From a virus: a stretch of 64,000 nucleotides of DNA. The position numbers were made by a program, and so were the translations under genes. This document shows, one piece after another, positions 8,566 through 17,293 of the stretch (position 1 is the first letter of the stretch; each line of letters starts with the position of its first letter). The notes below the pieces were generated by a model. The model searched no databases. It worked only from the letters and a program-made list of their open reading frames with translations, and had not been told where the DNA came from. The DNA lies in IMG/VR virus record IMGVR_UViG_3300028025_000091, positions 1 through 64,000 of that record, one strand, 5' to 3'.

Positions 8566-8928
8566 GCCACTTTGGACCAAGGGGTGTGAGGTCAAATTCG
8601 TATATTGAGGTATAAAAGAGATAAGACATATGATAGCAATTGAATTAGTAAAAGTAGTATTAGCAGTTGGAGCACCTGCAATCATGATTATAGCAGCAGG
8701 GTTAGTATGTGAGGGTATTGATAAATTTTCAAAATAAAAGTTATGGAGGTATTAGTAGTATTAGGTTTAACAAGTGTAGTAGTTATGATTAAGTTTTTAG
8801 TAATGGAGATATTATTATGAAGAAAAATAAAGTAATACAATTAATCAATCCAGTGGAGCTATTAATGCTGCCCCATGTGTTAAGATTTGAAGACGCAATC
8901 ATACATTTAAATTAGTATAGTACACCTG

Positions 8929-8948
8929 AGCCAACACATGTTGGCTTT
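8929..8948 (+). terminator. Hairpin AGCCAACA-CA-TGTTGGCT followed by TT, at the end of the early array
   Basis: Perfect inverted repeat after the last small genes; weak U-tract. Confidence 0.45.
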
Positions 8949-8949
8949 C

Positions 8950-9400
8950 GGTGGCTATGAGCACGACACAATTTATCCAAGACAATAAGACACGCATTCA
9001 AAATATTGACGGCAATTTAGACCAAGCCGCAATCACAATTATGGCTGAGGGTGGGCGCCTCGAATTTTATTATTTTGAAAATGGGTGTCTGGTGAGTTCG
9101 AGGTCTCGGATTCATAAGTGGTAGGGGGGTCTGGGGTGTGTACGCCGGCGGTATATATATGTGCGTAATATAGTAGTATGGCCCCACGCGCGCCGGGGTC
9201 AATATATGGCGGGTTGGCGAGGGACATTACTTAGAGTAAAGGGCAGCCACTCCCTTACAAATCCCATCATGATAATATATCCTTATATATTTAACCTGTT
9301 GATTAAATAGCTTGTATATCCCCCACAATCAACCCCTAATTTCCAAAACGGCCAAAGGGGATAAAACCCACGAAAAACTAATCTCCTCTCTTTACAAAAG
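8950..9400. other. GC-rich non-coding boundary region (possible genome terminus, pac or origin-associated element)
   Basis: Abrupt GC/CpG increase, G- and C-runs, palindrome CGCCGGCG, no credible ORF. Confidence 0.45.
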
Positions 9401-9403
9401 TAC

Positions 9404-9432
9404 TTGGCATCGATATAGGATATACGTATATT
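9404..9432 (+). promoter_or_regulatory. Class II promoter TTGG-N15-TACGTATATT
   Basis: Upstream of the 9453 ORF. Confidence 0.7.
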
Positions 9433-9452
9433 TAAAACATAATAAATAGGTT

Positions 9453-9713
9453 ATGGAATTAGAAAAATTTGAACAAGCAAAAAAAGTAAAAGAAGATCTT
9501 GATAGATTGGAAAGACAAAAACGTAAATTGGAATCCGCCCTTAAATCTTGTGGTTTGGAAGTAAAGATTAAATTTACTCACCCAGGACCATTTTCAAGAA
9601 AAGATGAGGTTAGTTTTTTTAACAGAGAGATTATTAAAGAAATGATTTCTAAAGAACTTGAGAGAGTAACAGAAGAAATAGAATTAGTTAATGAAGAATT
9701 TGAGAACCTATGA
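9453..9713 (+). CDS. Hypothetical coiled-coil protein
   Basis: ORF track. Confidence 0.75.
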   Translation: MELEKFEQAKKVKEDLDRLERQKRKLESALKSCGLEVKIKFTHPGPFSRKDEVSFFNREIIKEMISKELERVTEEIELVNEEFENL

Positions 9714-10015
9714 GGTTAACAAGAGAACAAAAGAAAGAAAAAGCCGTTGAGGATCTAATCAACCAGATGTTTATCATAGCGGGACATGACGTTACATTTG
9801 AAGACGTTAAAACGCGCCAAGATGATTGGTTTCAACAGTATACTATGACCATGGCTCAAAATGAGGAATGGCAAAAATGGGGTAAAAAATACCTTCAAAC
9901 CAATTTACGCACACGTGCTAAACTAGCAGAAAAAGAAATGCAATGGTTCAGTTTACAATACGGACTTAAATTTAGTGATTTCCCAAGTTTTGGACCTTAT
10001 AATACGGAAGAATAA
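9710..10015 (+). CDS. Hypothetical protein
   Basis: ORF track; ATGA coupling. Confidence 0.75.
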   Translation: MRLTREQKKEKAVEDLINQMFIIAGHDVTFEDVKTRQDDWFQQYTMTMAQNEEWQKWGKKYLQTNLRTRAKLAEKEMQWFSLQYGLKFSDFPSFGPYNTEE

Positions 10016-10016
10016 G

Positions 10017-10193
10017 ATGACAGCAGTAGAATGGTTTGTAATGGTAACAGGAGCTTGGAAATATGCATCTAAAGCACAATTGGAACAAGCATTAGAAATG
10101 GAGAAGGAACAAATAGAAAATGCTTCTAAAAGAGGGAAAAAACATAAGAAACCATTAAAAGACTCAAATCCCATAACCAAATATTTAAAATAA
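10017..10193 (+). CDS. Hypothetical protein (MTAVEW... type); start probably 10017
   Basis: ATG just after the upstream stop; TAVEW...QALEMEKEQI motif. Confidence 0.65.
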   Translation: MTAVEWFVMVTGAWKYASKAQLEQALEMEKEQIENASKRGKKHKKPLKDSNPITKYLK

Positions 10194-10195
10194 CA

Positions 10196-10456
10196 ATGAC
10201 TTTCAGTGAACTAAAAGTTGGAGATAGAGTTAAAACCAAATACAGTGGTTGGGCAACAGTAGCCCAAGTAGGTTGTTATAACGGAACTATGGTTAAACTC
10301 AATTGTGACGTTAGAAAATGGTGTTGCCCTTACTTTTATGAACGAGAATTAGACTTAAATCAAAATAAACTTAGGGAATTAATTAAAGAGGTCAAACCAA
10401 TGACCAAAGAAGAACATACCAAAGCTAGACTTAACGCTTATAAACCAGTAAAATAA
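10196..10456 (+). CDS. Hypothetical protein (SH3/KOW-like LKVGDRVK)
   Basis: ORF track. Confidence 0.7.
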   Translation: MTFSELKVGDRVKTKYSGWATVAQVGCYNGTMVKLNCDVRKWCCPYFYERELDLNQNKLRELIKEVKPMTKEEHTKARLNAYKPVK

Positions 10457-10457
10457 C

Positions 10458-10700
10458 ATGCCATACTATAGAATCAGAATAGACGAATTAAAAAACGGTG
10501 AAATCCGTTACGTGCCCCAAGAAGGTTTCTTAGTTGACTATGGTGGTTGGATCAAACGCCAAACCATTCATTGGCAAGACATACATGATGGATTTACCAC
10601 AGAAGAAGATGCCCTTGAAATGATAGACTATGTTCGTGGATACCGAACTAAAAAAGAAGGCAAACAAGTAAAAAAATCAACTTATAAAATAATTGACTAA
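10458..10700 (+). CDS. Hypothetical protein
   Basis: ORF track. Confidence 0.7.
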   Translation: MPYYRIRIDELKNGEIRYVPQEGFLVDYGGWIKRQTIHWQDIHDGFTTEEDALEMIDYVRGYRTKKEGKQVKKSTYKIID

Positions 10701-10810
10701 TATGGACATAAAAGAAACCCTAAGCCTAGCTATCGGCTTATTCTCCACAGTAATGATGATTATCATTTATATTGTTGGAATTAATGATTAATAACTTAAA
10801 TTTAAAAACT

Positions 10811-11176
10811 ATGAAAAAATTATTTTTTATCCTGCTATTAGCCGGAAATGCTTACTCGCAGTGGAAACCTATCGCTGGATTTCAGATTGATGAAACCCCC
10901 AATTACTATAGCTATTATACCTCCGATCGCTCCGATGCTATCGCTAAGTGTAAGCAAGTACTTGAGTATAACAACGTGAATTTAGCTACTATTAGCGTAG
11001 ATAAAACGCATGATCCCATCGTTAACAGCCATTTATATAAAGAAGAGCAACCCGATATGGTCTACATGGTTTATATTGCTAAGACTACTACGGGATATGC
11101 TGTGAGATTAGTGTTTACTAAGGATGAATACTTTGAAATTGAGGAAGAATATATGACTATTGTATACGAGAAATAG
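10811..11176 (+). CDS. Secreted protein with Sec signal peptide (start probably 10811)
   Basis: MKKLFFILLLAGNAYS|QW. Confidence 0.7.
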   Translation: MKKLFFILLLAGNAYSQWKPIAGFQIDETPNYYSYYTSDRSDAIAKCKQVLEYNNVNLATISVDKTHDPIVNSHLYKEEQPDMVYMVYIAKTTTGYAVRLVFTKDEYFEIEEEYMTIVYEK

Positions 11177-11381
11177 TATATACGTATCTTTGTAGTTGGG
11201 GTAGTGGTAAGTACTGCCGCATTGGTTTGAAAGAGCTTGGATTATTGGAATATTTATGTTATATTAGTGGCTATGATTTTAAAAATTTTATCTATACCCT
11301 TTTTGTTTACTCTTGGTGCACTAGGGATCGTAGCTTGTGCTACTTTTGAGGTAGTTAATATATTTATAATAAATAAAAATT

Positions 11382-11624
11382 ATGAGTGATATTAGACAAG
11401 AAATGGATCAAGTGATCAATGAGTTAGAAAGCAAAGGTATTAACTTTGATACTACAGAACAAGATCTTCAAACACGTGGTTTGGGAGATGTTGTAGAAGG
11501 AACACTTAACAAATTTGGTATTACACAAGAGCGTTATAAACAATGGTTTGGTTTGCAAGAGTGTAACTGTACAAAACGTAAGAAATATCTTAACGGGTTA
11601 TTGAGTTGGACTGTTAATAAGTAA
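11382..11624 (+). CDS. Phage hypothetical protein (GLGDxVE...CxCxxRK)
   Basis: ORF track; late motif upstream. Confidence 0.75.
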   Translation: MSDIRQEMDQVINELESKGINFDTTEQDLQTRGLGDVVEGTLNKFGITQERYKQWFGLQECNCTKRKKYLNGLLSWTVNK

Positions 11625-11663
11625 TTTATTGTTATACTTGGTATATTTATCAATAAACAATAA

Positions 11664-12017
11664 ATGCCTACTCAAAACTATACTTTTGCCGAATTGTTTG
11701 GTTCTCAAGGAGAAGGGACTTCTTCTATAAATCTTACTTCCGGAACTCCTTATACTTTTACTATAACTAATAGTTCGGGATCTTCTTATTTTACTTTAGA
11801 AACAGTTCGTGACTATGTAGGAACAACCCCTAAAAATACTTCAGGATCTTTTGCTTCTCAAACCAATATAGCTACTGCTGTTATTTCTGATTATATAGCT
11901 GGTTTTTCTCTTCCCGTTGGAACAAATTCATTTATTTTTACTCCTGCTACTTCTGTAGTAGGGTCAACCCTTAAATTAAGAGGGGTAGGAGGAATTACTT
12001 TAGCAGTTTCTTATTAA
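11664..12017 (+). CDS. Ser/Thr/Gly-rich probable virion protein
   Basis: Late promoter; beta-rich S/T/G composition like the structural genes. Confidence 0.6.
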   Translation: MPTQNYTFAELFGSQGEGTSSINLTSGTPYTFTITNSSGSSYFTLETVRDYVGTTPKNTSGSFASQTNIATAVISDYIAGFSLPVGTNSFIFTPATSVVGSTLKLRGVGGITLAVSY

Positions 12018-12077
12018 AAATCCTTGGAAGGGTGATTTCATTTCCGTATATTAACCGTATAAATAAAAATAAAGGTT

Positions 12078-12395
12078 ATGAAAAATGTATTTGAAAATAT
12101 CGAAGAAATTCAAACAAAAGAGCAAGCCGAAGCTCGTATCAAAGAAGTTAAAAGTCAAATCCGTAAACTAGAAATTGCAGTTATTGCAATCGGTTTGATT
12201 GGCTTATCTTTAATTACCCTCCTATTTTTCGGAATCATCCCATTTAATGTATTGTCTGTTTTAGGCATTATTGGAAGTATTATCTTGATTATAAAAGCAT
12301 TTAAGGATGGAGAACCTCTTGAAGCAGAGAAGTTTTTCCTCCTAATTATTTTTTCAAACAATAAAAAAGAAGAAGATGGAGAACCAAGAATTTAA
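12078..12395 (+). CDS. Two-TM membrane protein
   Basis: Two hydrophobic segments; class II promoter at 12024. Confidence 0.75.
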   Translation: MKNVFENIEEIQTKEQAEARIKEVKSQIRKLEIAVIAIGLIGLSLITLLFFGIIPFNVLSVLGIIGSIILIIKAFKDGEPLEAEKFFLLIIFSNNKKEEDGEPRI

Positions 12396-12618
12396 ACCTA
12401 GTAGAAAAATTACAACAGCTGATGGTACTATCATGTACATGTTCGATGGAAAACTCCACAATTGGGAAGGTCCGGCTTTGATCCCAGAAGGTAATACTCG
12501 CAAACGTGAATATTATATTAACGGAATTAAAATGAGTGAATTACAATGGAAAGAAGCTCTTAAAGGTAGAGAAGGTTTACCTTGGTATAAAGGAGCAGGC
12601 GCCAAAGCGCGATTTTAA
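12376..12618 (+). CDS. Hypothetical protein (GKLHxxxGPA beta-hairpin repeat type)
   Basis: DGKLHNWEGPALI...EYYING motif. Confidence 0.75.
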   Translation: MENQEFKPSRKITTADGTIMYMFDGKLHNWEGPALIPEGNTRKREYYINGIKMSELQWKEALKGREGLPWYKGAGAKARF

Positions 12619-12635
12619 CACGCAAAATAAAGGTT

Positions 12636-13088
12636 ATGAAACGTATATCAAACGAGGAAGCTCAAAATTACGTACCCTATGAACGAACCCCTTTATCACC
12701 CCCACCCACGTACTTTTCTGTTTTTGAAGATATTGAAGGGTGGGAAAATATAAAGTATTATACCCATCGTTTTAGGCAAAGTGTAAGTGGTTCAAATGGA
12801 GATCAACACGTCTATATTTTAGAAAGTAGTTCTATGCCTGAAATGGTAAAAATAGGTTACACAAAAAATGATCCTATTGAACGAGCTAATACACTAAGTA
12901 AATCTACAGGTGTGCCTACCCCATTTAATGTTGTATATTCGTACAGTTGCTTTAATGGTGAAAGAATTGAGAAAGCAGTTCATAAACATTTTCGAAAACA
13001 ACGTGTAAGTAATCAACGTGAATTCTTTTATGTTACCGTGGATGAAGCGATTACTATAATAGAATCATTGGGGGCTACGCTTGATTAA
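12636..13088 (+). CDS. T5orf172/MUG113-type GIY-YIG domain protein
   Basis: VYIL...VKIGYT..PxER...TGVPTPF...E..H.....R....REFF. Confidence 0.85.
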   Translation: MKRISNEEAQNYVPYERTPLSPPPTYFSVFEDIEGWENIKYYTHRFRQSVSGSNGDQHVYILESSSMPEMVKIGYTKNDPIERANTLSKSTGVPTPFNVVYSYSCFNGERIEKAVHKHFRKQRVSNQREFFYVTVDEAITIIESLGATLD

Positions 13089-13103
13089 TATGTATCAATA
13101 AAA

Positions 13104-13541
13104 ATGGCACTAGATAATATATTTTCTTTATTTGGATTTCCTGACAAAGATGATGAGGAAAGAAAGAAATTAGAGGCCGAGTTAGATGTCTTTAAAGAAA
13201 CTCCTCATTTCAAATTAGGAATGTTCCATAAGTTAATAATGAACGGAAGTTTATTTTCAAAACAGGTTGTAAAGTTTTTTGCTAAATCTGATCCTGGGTT
13301 GGATGTAAAAGGAATTGATCAAGCAGGTGAGTACATGATGTATACTCGGGCATGGTATTGGATTGAGCAAGTTAAACTTAGAAAGAAGGAATGGAAAGAA
13401 GCCCTAAAACAATATGCCAGTGAGGAATTTATTGTATCGATAAAGCTGTCTATTAATTACTTTGAAAGTACAGAAGAATATGAAAAGTGTGCTCATTTGA
13501 AGAAAATACAGGACTTTGTTGAGAAATCCTTGGAGAAGTAA
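13104..13541 (+). CDS. Hypothetical protein with C-terminal UVR-like motif
   Basis: EEYEKCAHLKKIQD. Confidence 0.7.
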   Translation: MALDNIFSLFGFPDKDDEERKKLEAELDVFKETPHFKLGMFHKLIMNGSLFSKQVVKFFAKSDPGLDVKGIDQAGEYMMYTRAWYWIEQVKLRKKEWKEALKQYASEEFIVSIKLSINYFESTEEYEKCAHLKKIQDFVEKSLEK

Positions 13542-13627
13542 AAGAAAGTTATTACCTTCAATTATATTTTGATTTTGAAATTATTAGAATATAAAAGGAA
13601 AAAATTAAATAATAAAATAAAACAAAA

Positions 13628-13795
13628 ATGAGAAATAAAGATTTGGTATTGAGACGGATGGAGTCTCTAGAGAGTAAATTAAAACGTATGAGAAATGTTC
13701 TAAATGAACGAAACGTTGAAGCCGCAAGAGAAATTTTGCAAGAAATTTTGGAATTGAGAGATGATACTCAATCAATCATTGAACGTGAAGATTAA
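13628..13795 (+). CDS. Hypothetical coiled-coil protein, 55 aa, not in ORF track
   Basis: Manual translation MRNKDLVLRRMESLE...; class II promoter at 13530. Confidence 0.65.
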   Translation: MRNKDLVLRRMESLESKLKRMRNVLNERNVEAAREILQEILELRDDTQSIIERED

Positions 13796-13814
13796 TTAAA
13801 AATAAATAAAAGTT

Positions 13815-14609
13815 ATGAATTTGACAGCCGAACAAATCCAATCAAATTGGGATGAATTAATGGGGTATATTAATGAATATATTTCCGAACCTCGTAAAGA
13901 GAAATTATTAGAATTTTATTCAACGTATCAAGAACGTTTAGCTTTAATGCCTGCTGCGCATAAAAAAGAATACCATAACGCATTCCCCGGGGGATATGTA
14001 GAACATGTTTTACGCGTTATTCGATGTGCTATTAAACAAGCTGCATTATGGAATGATGAAGGATGTGATATGACCACATTTACAACTGAAGAATTAGTAT
14101 TTTCAGCCCTGAATCATGATTTAGGTAAAATGGGAGATGAAGAACAAGAATCATACATCCCCCAGACTGATAATTGGAGACGTGAAAAATTAGGAGAGGA
14201 TTATATGTTTAATACTAAAGTCCCATTTGCTTCAGTTCCAGATAGAGGATTATTTATGCTTCAGTCACATGGTATTTCTTATACATTTAATGAAATGTTA
14301 GCAATCCAGACTCATGATGGTTTATACGATAAGGCAAATGAGAAATACCTCATGGCTTATATGCCAGAACAAAAACCAAGAACTTCATTACCTTTTATTT
14401 TACACCAGGCCGATTTGATGGCAGCACGTATTGAATTTGAACGTGAATGGTTACCTAAATTAAAAGGGGACAAAAAGTCCGTGGATAACGGGAAAGGGAA
14501 TTATACATTGGGGAATAAACCCAACATGTCCAAAAAGACATCAACCAAAACTAAAGCTTTAGGAACATTTAAAAGCGATAGTTTAAAAAACATGTTAGAC
14601 AGCTTATGA
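13815..14609 (+). CDS. HD-domain phosphohydrolase (YhaM-like HD domain)
   Basis: H-x-A-F-P-G-G-Y-V-E-H, HDLGK, HDG and HQAD motifs. Confidence 0.85.
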   Translation: MNLTAEQIQSNWDELMGYINEYISEPRKEKLLEFYSTYQERLALMPAAHKKEYHNAFPGGYVEHVLRVIRCAIKQAALWNDEGCDMTTFTTEELVFSALNHDLGKMGDEEQESYIPQTDNWRREKLGEDYMFNTKVPFASVPDRGLFMLQSHGISYTFNEMLAIQTHDGLYDKANEKYLMAYMPEQKPRTSLPFILHQADLMAARIEFEREWLPKLKGDKKSVDNGKGNYTLGNKPNMSKKTSTKTKALGTFKSDSLKNMLDSL

Positions 14610-14893
14610 TAGTAACAATAACAATTAGCGCATTAGCGATATTAGTAGTGATCCTAGGGTTCACGACTTATAATCTTCTTAAGAAAAATGAAAAACAAGA
14701 AGATATTGTAGCCGGTTATTTAACCTATTTAGACAATTTATCTCGCACAATTGAAATTTCGGACAAGAAATTAAAAGAATTAGATCGTGGAGGTGTATTT
14801 GAAAAAGATGACGAAGTTGGGGTTATATTTCAATCAATTTTAAAAATTCAAGAAATCCTAAATGACTTCAATCTTAGAAAATTCAACAATTAA
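14606..14893 (+). CDS. Membrane-anchored hypothetical protein
   Basis: N-terminal TM segment; ATGA coupling. Confidence 0.75.
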   Translation: MIVTITISALAILVVILGFTTYNLLKKNEKQEDIVAGYLTYLDNLSRTIEISDKKLKELDRGGVFEKDDEVGVIFQSILKIQEILNDFNLRKFNN

Positions 14894-14894
14894 A

Positions 14895-15599
14895 ATGCCT
14901 AAAAAGAAAGTTAGCAAAAATTATTTTACTCAAGAAACTGAGGATGCTATCGTTCTGTACAATAATACTCCAGACCCAGAGTTAAGAAGTAAAATATATG
15001 AAGAAAAGATTCACTATGCTTTCTTCAAATTAACCCAGAATATAATTCATACATTTAAGTTTTATCATACTGAGGTGAGTGATTTAGAGCATTTACAACA
15101 TGAAATTATAGTATTTTTATTATCTAAAATACATTTATTCGATCCTAGCAAAGGTGCCAAAGCATATTCTTACTTTGGTACCATTGTTAAACGTTGGTGT
15201 ATATTATATAATGATAAAAACTATAAAAGTAAAATTAGTAAAGTATCAACTGATGAATTATTAAAAGATGATACACATTCATATACTATAGAACCATCAA
15301 ATTCAGACGATCGATTGTCTAATTTCATGGATGAGTACGTAGAATTTGTTAGTGTTAACATATATAAATTATTCCCTAAAGAATATGACGCTAAGATTGC
15401 AGATGCTATTTTAGAGTTGTTTCGCAAACGAGAATCAATCGACGTATTTAATAAAAAAGCTTTATACATCTATATCCACGAGATGATTCCAGATGCTAAA
15501 ACTCCAAAAATTACAAAAATAGCAGGCGTTTTATATAGTGTATTTAAGAAAAATTATTTATTCTATTTAGAACAGGGATATACGAGTTTTCAACTCTAG
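14895..15599 (+). CDS. Late-transcription sigma factor, T4 gp55-like (start probably 14895)
   Basis: NYF...; FDPSKGAKAYSYFGTI resembles the sigma region-2 FD.....AY.T motif of gp55-type factors. Confidence 0.7.
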   Translation: MPKKKVSKNYFTQETEDAIVLYNNTPDPELRSKIYEEKIHYAFFKLTQNIIHTFKFYHTEVSDLEHLQHEIIVFLLSKIHLFDPSKGAKAYSYFGTIVKRWCILYNDKNYKSKISKVSTDELLKDDTHSYTIEPSNSDDRLSNFMDEYVEFVSVNIYKLFPKEYDAKIADAILELFRKRESIDVFNKKALYIYIHEMIPDAKTPKITKIAGVLYSVFKKNYLFYLEQGYTSFQL

Positions 15600-15632
15600 T
15601 AATTTTCTATATTTATACCCAAAAGTACTTAT

Positions 15633-15971
15633 ATGAGTAATTTAGAATCAAACGTTTGGGGTAAGAAGAAATTTTCTGACATCCTCAAAGAAATTTACGA
15701 TAACCAAAAGAAAAAAGAAGCCCAAATATCTGCTTTGATAGGTGAATTAAAACCACTTATTAACGATATTGGTGATGCTACATTGATAGTTCCACTTATT
15801 AAAGAATATATGGAATTAGGTATTAAAAATGATGAGCAATTAGTTAAAATGGCTACCATCATTCAACGTGCTGTTGCATCCAATAAATCAGAAGATGAAT
15901 CATTCGGAATGACCGAAGATGAAAAAGCTCAATTGTTATCTGAAGTTAAGAAATTTAACCCACAAGGATAA
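15633..15971 (+). CDS. Helical late protein, possibly terminase small subunit
   Basis: Late promoter; small, helical. Function is a guess. Confidence 0.35.
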   Translation: MSNLESNVWGKKKFSDILKEIYDNQKKKEAQISALIGELKPLINDIGDATLIVPLIKEYMELGIKNDEQLVKMATIIQRAVASNKSEDESFGMTEDEKAQLLSEVKKFNPQG

Positions 15972-17284
15972 TGGCAATTTACAAACAAGGCTCTGCTACC
16001 ACCATAGGTACTAAATATGCTAATCCTCAACCAAATTCTGGAGGAAATGCAGATATTAGGAATGCATTTGCTAAAAATGATTCTTTATTTATACGTGTTA
16101 GAGTCCTTGATATTGTATTAAACAATGATCATCCTAGATTTAAAGATGTTGGAGAATGGAATGGAATTGGAACAATATATTTTGAACCATTAGATGGTAA
16201 TTCAATTACTACCAATTACGCATATTCTATTTTCCCACAGATTAAGATGTATCCGTTAGTAAATGAAATAGTATTACTAGCAGCTATACCAAGTAAATTT
16301 TCTGAAGATGAACAAACCATAAGTTTAATATATTACTATTTCCCTCCCATTGGAATTTGGAATCATCCCCATCATAATGCATATCCTAAAATTGTTAGTT
16401 ATGCAAAATTACAAGAAAACCAACAAAATGATTATGATCAGGTAAATGGTGATTATGTAAGAAGAATAGATGAAGATCCAACAGGTATAAATTTAAATTT
16501 TACTCAATACGCAAATCCAAACCAAGATACATTTGTTGAAAAAGCAGATATTCATCCTATTTTACCTTTTAATGGAGATGTAATTCATGAAGGTAGATGG
16601 GGTAATAGTATTCGTTTTGGAAGTACAACTATAATACCTCAAGGTTCACCACAACCATTAGTTCCCAATAATTGGTCATCCACAGGTTCAAATGGAGACC
16701 CAATTACTATTATTAGAAATGGTCAACCTATGGATTCAACTGATGAAGGATGGATTCCTATAACTGAAAATTTAAATAGAGATTTATCCTCAATTTATTT
16801 AACTTCATATCAAAAAATACCATTTAGTATAGCAAATGAAAATTTTGTTTCTTATACAACACCCCCAACAACTCCGTCTCAATTTGCTAACCCCCAAATT
16901 ATCCTCAATTCAGATAGAATTATCATAAATGCAAAATCTGATAGTATTTTAATTAGCGGACAAAATTCAGTTGGTTTATCTTCAAATAATAGTATTAATA
17001 TAGAAGCAAAACAAATATATTTAGATGGAACTGATATTAGATTAGGAAGAAAAGATGCATCTCAATCTGTTTTGAAAGGAAATGATACTGTAGAATACCT
17101 AAAAATATTAATTAATGAGTTAAAAAATATAACTGAAGCTTTAAAAACCATCCAAAATTGGCCTGAAGGAACCCCAGTTCCTAACTCAACAATGTTAACA
17201 GTAGCTAATTCTGCTCAAAAAGTTTTTGAAAACGTTTATGCTAATATAGATAGTGTAAAATCTAATTTTGTAAAAACTATATAA
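15971..17284 (+). CDS. Baseplate hub/spike protein (gp5/VgrG-like)
   Basis: OB-fold-like N-terminus (PLVNEIV), EGRWGNSIRFGS, beta-repeat C-terminus; baseplate context. Confidence 0.6.
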   Translation: MAIYKQGSATTIGTKYANPQPNSGGNADIRNAFAKNDSLFIRVRVLDIVLNNDHPRFKDVGEWNGIGTIYFEPLDGNSITTNYAYSIFPQIKMYPLVNEIVLLAAIPSKFSEDEQTISLIYYYFPPIGIWNHPHHNAYPKIVSYAKLQENQQNDYDQVNGDYVRRIDEDPTGINLNFTQYANPNQDTFVEKADIHPILPFNGDVIHEGRWGNSIRFGSTTIIPQGSPQPLVPNNWSSTGSNGDPITIIRNGQPMDSTDEGWIPITENLNRDLSSIYLTSYQKIPFSIANENFVSYTTPPTTPSQFANPQIILNSDRIIINAKSDSILISGQNSVGLSSNNSINIEAKQIYLDGTDIRLGRKDASQSVLKGNDTVEYLKILINELKNITEALKTIQNWPEGTPVPNSTMLTVANSAQKVFENVYANIDSVKSNFVKTI

Positions 17285-17293
17285 TTTAAAAAA

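Larger units (their letters stand above)
770..8606 (+). promoter_or_regulatory. Class I early promoter-like motif GGA-N20-(T/A)TCGTATATT, often followed by GTATAAA; 17 copies
   Basis: WTCGTATATT boxes start at 793, 1331, 2123, 2520, 2940, 3573, 3925, 4415, 4706, 5206, 5657, 6165, 6678, 6909, 7868, 8171 and 8597. Each has GGA exactly 23 nt upstream and an ATG about 20-50 nt downstream. Confidence 0.85.

Noticed and set aside
770-8606. Repeated TTCGTATATT units as a CRISPR array or attC-type sites
   Set aside because: The repeats are about 10 nt, irregularly spaced by whole genes and not palindromic; no cas operon or integrase is in the window. Their position before ATGs fits promoters.
8950-9400. 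tRNA or other known RNA gene in the GC-rich region, and the minus-strand ORFs 9017..9202 and 9039..9227
   Set aside because: I could not build a cloverleaf with a proper T-arm and acceptor stem by eye, and the ORFs are Pro-rich products of the GC bias. tRNAscan or Infernal would settle it.
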